NCBI GenBank assembly: GCA_002269645.1
Contig: NIVC01003649.1
Coordinates: forward strand, 1 to 64,000
Reading direction: 5' to 3'
Length of the DNA: 64,000 nucleotides
Source of the DNA: Macrostomum lignano
Lineage: Eukaryota
Made by a program: the position numbers and the translations under genes. The notes under the pieces are model-generated. The model did no database searches, was not told where the DNA came from, and worked only from the letters and a program-made list of their open reading frames with translations. Every line of letters starts with the position of its first letter. The stretch's first letter is position 1. Of the stretch, positions 60,801 through 64,000 are shown piece by piece.

Positions 60801-63800
60801 AGTGTCAGGCATAAGAGGTTGCAGTGTCAGGCATAAGAGGTTGCAGTGTCAGGCATAAGAGGTTGCAGTGTCAGGCATAGAGGTTGCAGTGTCAGGCATA
60901 AGAGGTTGCAGTGTCAGGCATAAGAGGTTGCAGTGTCAGGCATAAGAGGTTGCAGTGTCAGGCATAAGAGGTTGCAGTGTCAGGCATAAGAGGTTGCAGT
61001 GTCAGGCATAAGAGGTTGCAGTGTCAGGCATAAGAGGTTGCAGTGTCAGGCATAGAGGTTGCAGTGTCAGGCATAAGAGGTTGCAGTGTCAGGCATAAGA
61101 GGTTGCAGTGTCAGGCATAAGAGGTTGCAGTGTCAGGCATAAGAGGTTGCAGTGTCAGGCATAGAGGTTGCAGTGTCAGTGTCAGTCAGTTCAACTGTGA
61201 TTGAGTCAATTATGTTTTCTGCCAAACAGCGGGTTTTCCCGTTTCGCGCTTTCCTATTTAAGTACAGCCAGTCCTTTTCACGCGTGTTGCCATGCAGGGT
61301 CGCCGAGTAGGCCTGTACAAGCGAGCCCAGATCCTTGTAGCCGACATCTGGGGTGCCCTGGAGGGCGCTGGCCCGGCCGATTTCAACGACATCGACTGTC
61401 TGACGGCGTTCGCCGACTACCGGATTCCGCAGGCGCTGGAGTACTTTGGGGTGCTGCAGTACGGGCCTTCGCTCAGGGAGGCTCTGAATGAGCGCCGCAT
61501 GCTGCCCAATGGTCACCCTATGGAGGTGGGTTCGGCTGAGCATCTACTTCCTCCCTGAATCATCTACTTCCTCCCTGAATCATCTACTTCCTCCCTGAAT
61601 CATCTTGTTCCTCCCTGAATCATCTACTTCCTCCCTGAATCATCCAGTTCCTCCCTGAATCATCTACTTCCTCCCTGAATCATCTACTTCCTCCCTGAAT
61701 CATCTACTTCCTCCCTGAATCATCTTGTTCCTCCCTGAATCATCTACTTCCTCCCTGAATCATCTAGTTCTTCCCTGAATCATCTACTTCCTCCCTGAAT
61801 CATCTTGTTCCTCCCTGAATCATCTAGTTCTTCCCTGAATCATCTACTTCCTCCCTGAATCATCTAGTTCTTCCCTGAATCATCTACTTCCTCCCTGAAT
61901 CATCCAGTTCTTCCCTGAATCATCTACTTCCTCCCTGAATCATCTTGTTCCTCCCTGAATCATCTAGTTCTTCCCTGAATCATCTAGTTCTTCCCTGAAT
62001 CATCTACTTCCTCCCTGAATCATCTTGTTCCTCCCTGAATCATCTAGTTCTTCCCTGAATCATCTAGTTCTTCCCTGAATCATCTACTTCCTCCCTGAAT
62101 CATCTAGTTCTTCCCTGAATCATCTAGTTCTTCCCTGAATCATCCAGTTCTTCCCTGAATCATCTAATTCTTCCCTGAATCATCTACTTCCTCCCTGAAT
62201 CATCTACATCCTCCCTGAATCATCTTGTTCCTCCCTGAATCATCTACTTCCTCCCTGAATCATCTAGTTCTTCCCTGAATCATCTACTTCCTCCCTGAAT
62301 CATCCAGTTCTTCCCTGAATCATCTACTTCCTCCCTGAATCATCTTGTTCCTCCCTGAATCATCTAGTTCTTCCCTGAATCATCTAGTTCTTCCCTGAAT
62401 CATCTACTTCCTCCCTGAATCATCTTGTTCCTCCCTGAATCATCTAGTTCTTCCCTGAATCATCTAGTTCTTCCCTGAATCATCTACTTCCTCCCTGAAT
62501 CATCTAGTTCTTCCCTGAATCATCTAATTCTTCCCTGAATCATCCAGTTCTTCCCTGAATCATCTAATTCTTCCCTGAATCATCTACTTCCTCCCTGAAT
62601 CATCTACATCCTCCCTGAATCATCTTGTTCCTCCCTGAATCATCTAGTTCTTCCCTGAATCATCTACTTCCTCCCTGAATCATCTAGTTCTTCCCTGAAT
62701 CATCTAGTTCTTCCCTGAATCATCTACTTCCTCCCTGAATCATCTACTTCCTCCCTGAATCATCTAGTTCTTCCCTGAATCATCTAGTTCTTCCCTGAAT
62801 CATCTACTTCCTCCCTGAATCATCTTGTTCCTCCCTGAATCATCTAGTTCTTCCCTGAATCATCTAGTTCTTCCCTGAATCATCTTGTTCCTCCCTGAAT
62901 CATCTAGTTCTTCCCTGAATCATCTAGTTCTTCCCTGAATCATCTACTTCCTCCCTGAATCATCTTGTTCCTCCCTGAATCATCTAGTTCTTCCCTGAAT
63001 CATCTAGTTCTTCCCTGAATCATCTAGTTCTTCCCTGAATCATCTTGTTCCTCCCTGAATCATCTAGTTCTTCCCTGAATCATCTACTTCCTCCCTGAAT
63101 CATCTTGTTCCTCCCTGAATCATCTAGTTCTTCCCTGAATCATCTAGTTCTTCCCTGAATCATCTACTTCCTCCCTGAATCATCTACTTCCTCCCTGAAT
63201 CATCTAGTTCTTCCCTGAATCATCTAGTTCTTCCCTGAATCATCTACTTCCTCCCTGAATCATCTAGTTCTTCCCTGAATCATCTACTTCCTCCCTGAAT
63301 CATCTTGTTCCTCCCTGAATCATCTAGTTCTTCCCTGAATCATCTAGTTCTTCCCTGAATCATCTACTTCCTCCCTGAATCATCTAGTTCTTCCCTGAAT
63401 CATCTAATTCTTCCCTGAATCATCCAGTTCTTCCCTGAATCATCTAATTCTTCCCTGAATCATCCAGTTCCTCCATAAATCATCTAGTTCTTCCCTGAAT
63501 CATCCAGTTCCTCCATGAATCATCTAGTTCTTCCCTGAATCATCCAGTTCCTCCCTGAATCATTTATTACCTCCTGAATCATCTACTTCCTCCCTGACCC
63601 TGAATCTAGTTCCTCCCTGAATCATCTAGTTCCCCCAGCTCACACAGAATGTCGTTTTTTGACTTAGATCACTTTGTGTTCTAAAGTCCATGTATCTTAA
63701 TGTCCTCTAGTAGTAGGCAGATATAGTATATTTTTAGGCCCTGGAAAGGGCCGTTTTAGCTAGATCGCCAAAATTTGCCCGATCCCATCGCGCGCCCGCA

Positions 63801-63999
63801 GGTGGAAATTCGCGGCGCCACAATCCACGCGGTGGAGCTGCTGGCCAGCGAGATGCGGCGCCGATTCTCGGCCAGTGGAAGCGGTCACCGGCTGATGAAC
63901 TCAGTGCTGCTCGACCACTACCTGTGGGACTACAGGCGGCAGTTCGCGGACAAGATCGACCACCTGCCGTTTCATCGGACCCGCTGCATCTACTACTGA
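57900..63999 (+). CDS. QNG1: Queuosine 5'-phosphate N-glycosylase/hydrolase (queuine salvage, C9orf64), join(57900..58163,58601..58943,61298..61525,63802..63999); apparent frameshift near 58720
   Basis: WRRHPLNPK; WVFLADTLNFSFW; GYWSLCAAINR; FPCYRD; YKRAQILVADIW; FADYRIPQ; EVEIRG; NSVLLDHYLWD; PFHRTRCIYY-stop. All introns are phase-0 GT-AG. Confidence 0.93.
58270..58565. repeat. 21-bp minisatellite TCAGTGTCAGGATCTGTTGTT (QNG1 intron 1)
   Basis: Tandem periodicity. Confidence 0.9.
58945..61185. repeat. Two abutting minisatellites in QNG1 intron 2: 19/21-bp TGTGTTCCTGTTAGACAGC (to ~60165) and 22-bp CAGTGTCAGGCATAAGAGGTTG
   Basis: Tandem periodicity. Confidence 0.95.
61535..63635. repeat. 20-bp minisatellite CATCTACTTCCTCCCTGAAT with interspersed variants, ~105 copies (QNG1 intron 3)
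   Basis: Tandem periodicity. Confidence 0.96.
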
Positions 64000-64000
64000 C

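Noticed and set aside
61535-63635. Constant-plus-variable arrays resembling CRISPR
   Set aside because: Variable parts are a few related 8-mers, not unique spacers; eukaryotic intron; no cas genes

Overview
Eukaryotic (animal) genomic DNA. GC- and CpG-rich exons with GT-AG introns sit in a matrix of more than 30 unrelated minisatellites (about 23 kb, ~35% of the window by my rough sum) plus AT-rich blocks. This architecture best fits a flatworm such as Macrostomum, but that is an inference, not proven. Six host genes are recognisable: a partial, frameshifted RPIA (minus strand), a ladybird/Lbx homeobox gene, FAM183/CFAP144, and the co-oriented trio POLA2, ATG13 and QNG1 (C9orf64). Two mobile elements are clear: a fully intact, very young 4.9-kb Ty3/Gypsy LTR retrotransposon (identical LTRs, TSD, PBS, PPT, -1 frameshift signal with a predicted pseudoknot) and an internally deleted mariner with 197-bp TIRs. 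The most interesting unexplained signals are: (1) minisatellites that start at or just after splice donors and stop codons, polarised with transcription; (2) a candidate SL-trans-spliced operon POLA2-ATG13-QNG1; (3) sharply bounded, almost CpG-free blocks suggesting targeted methylation scarring. No rRNA, tRNA or CRISPR was found. All counts are manual estimates.
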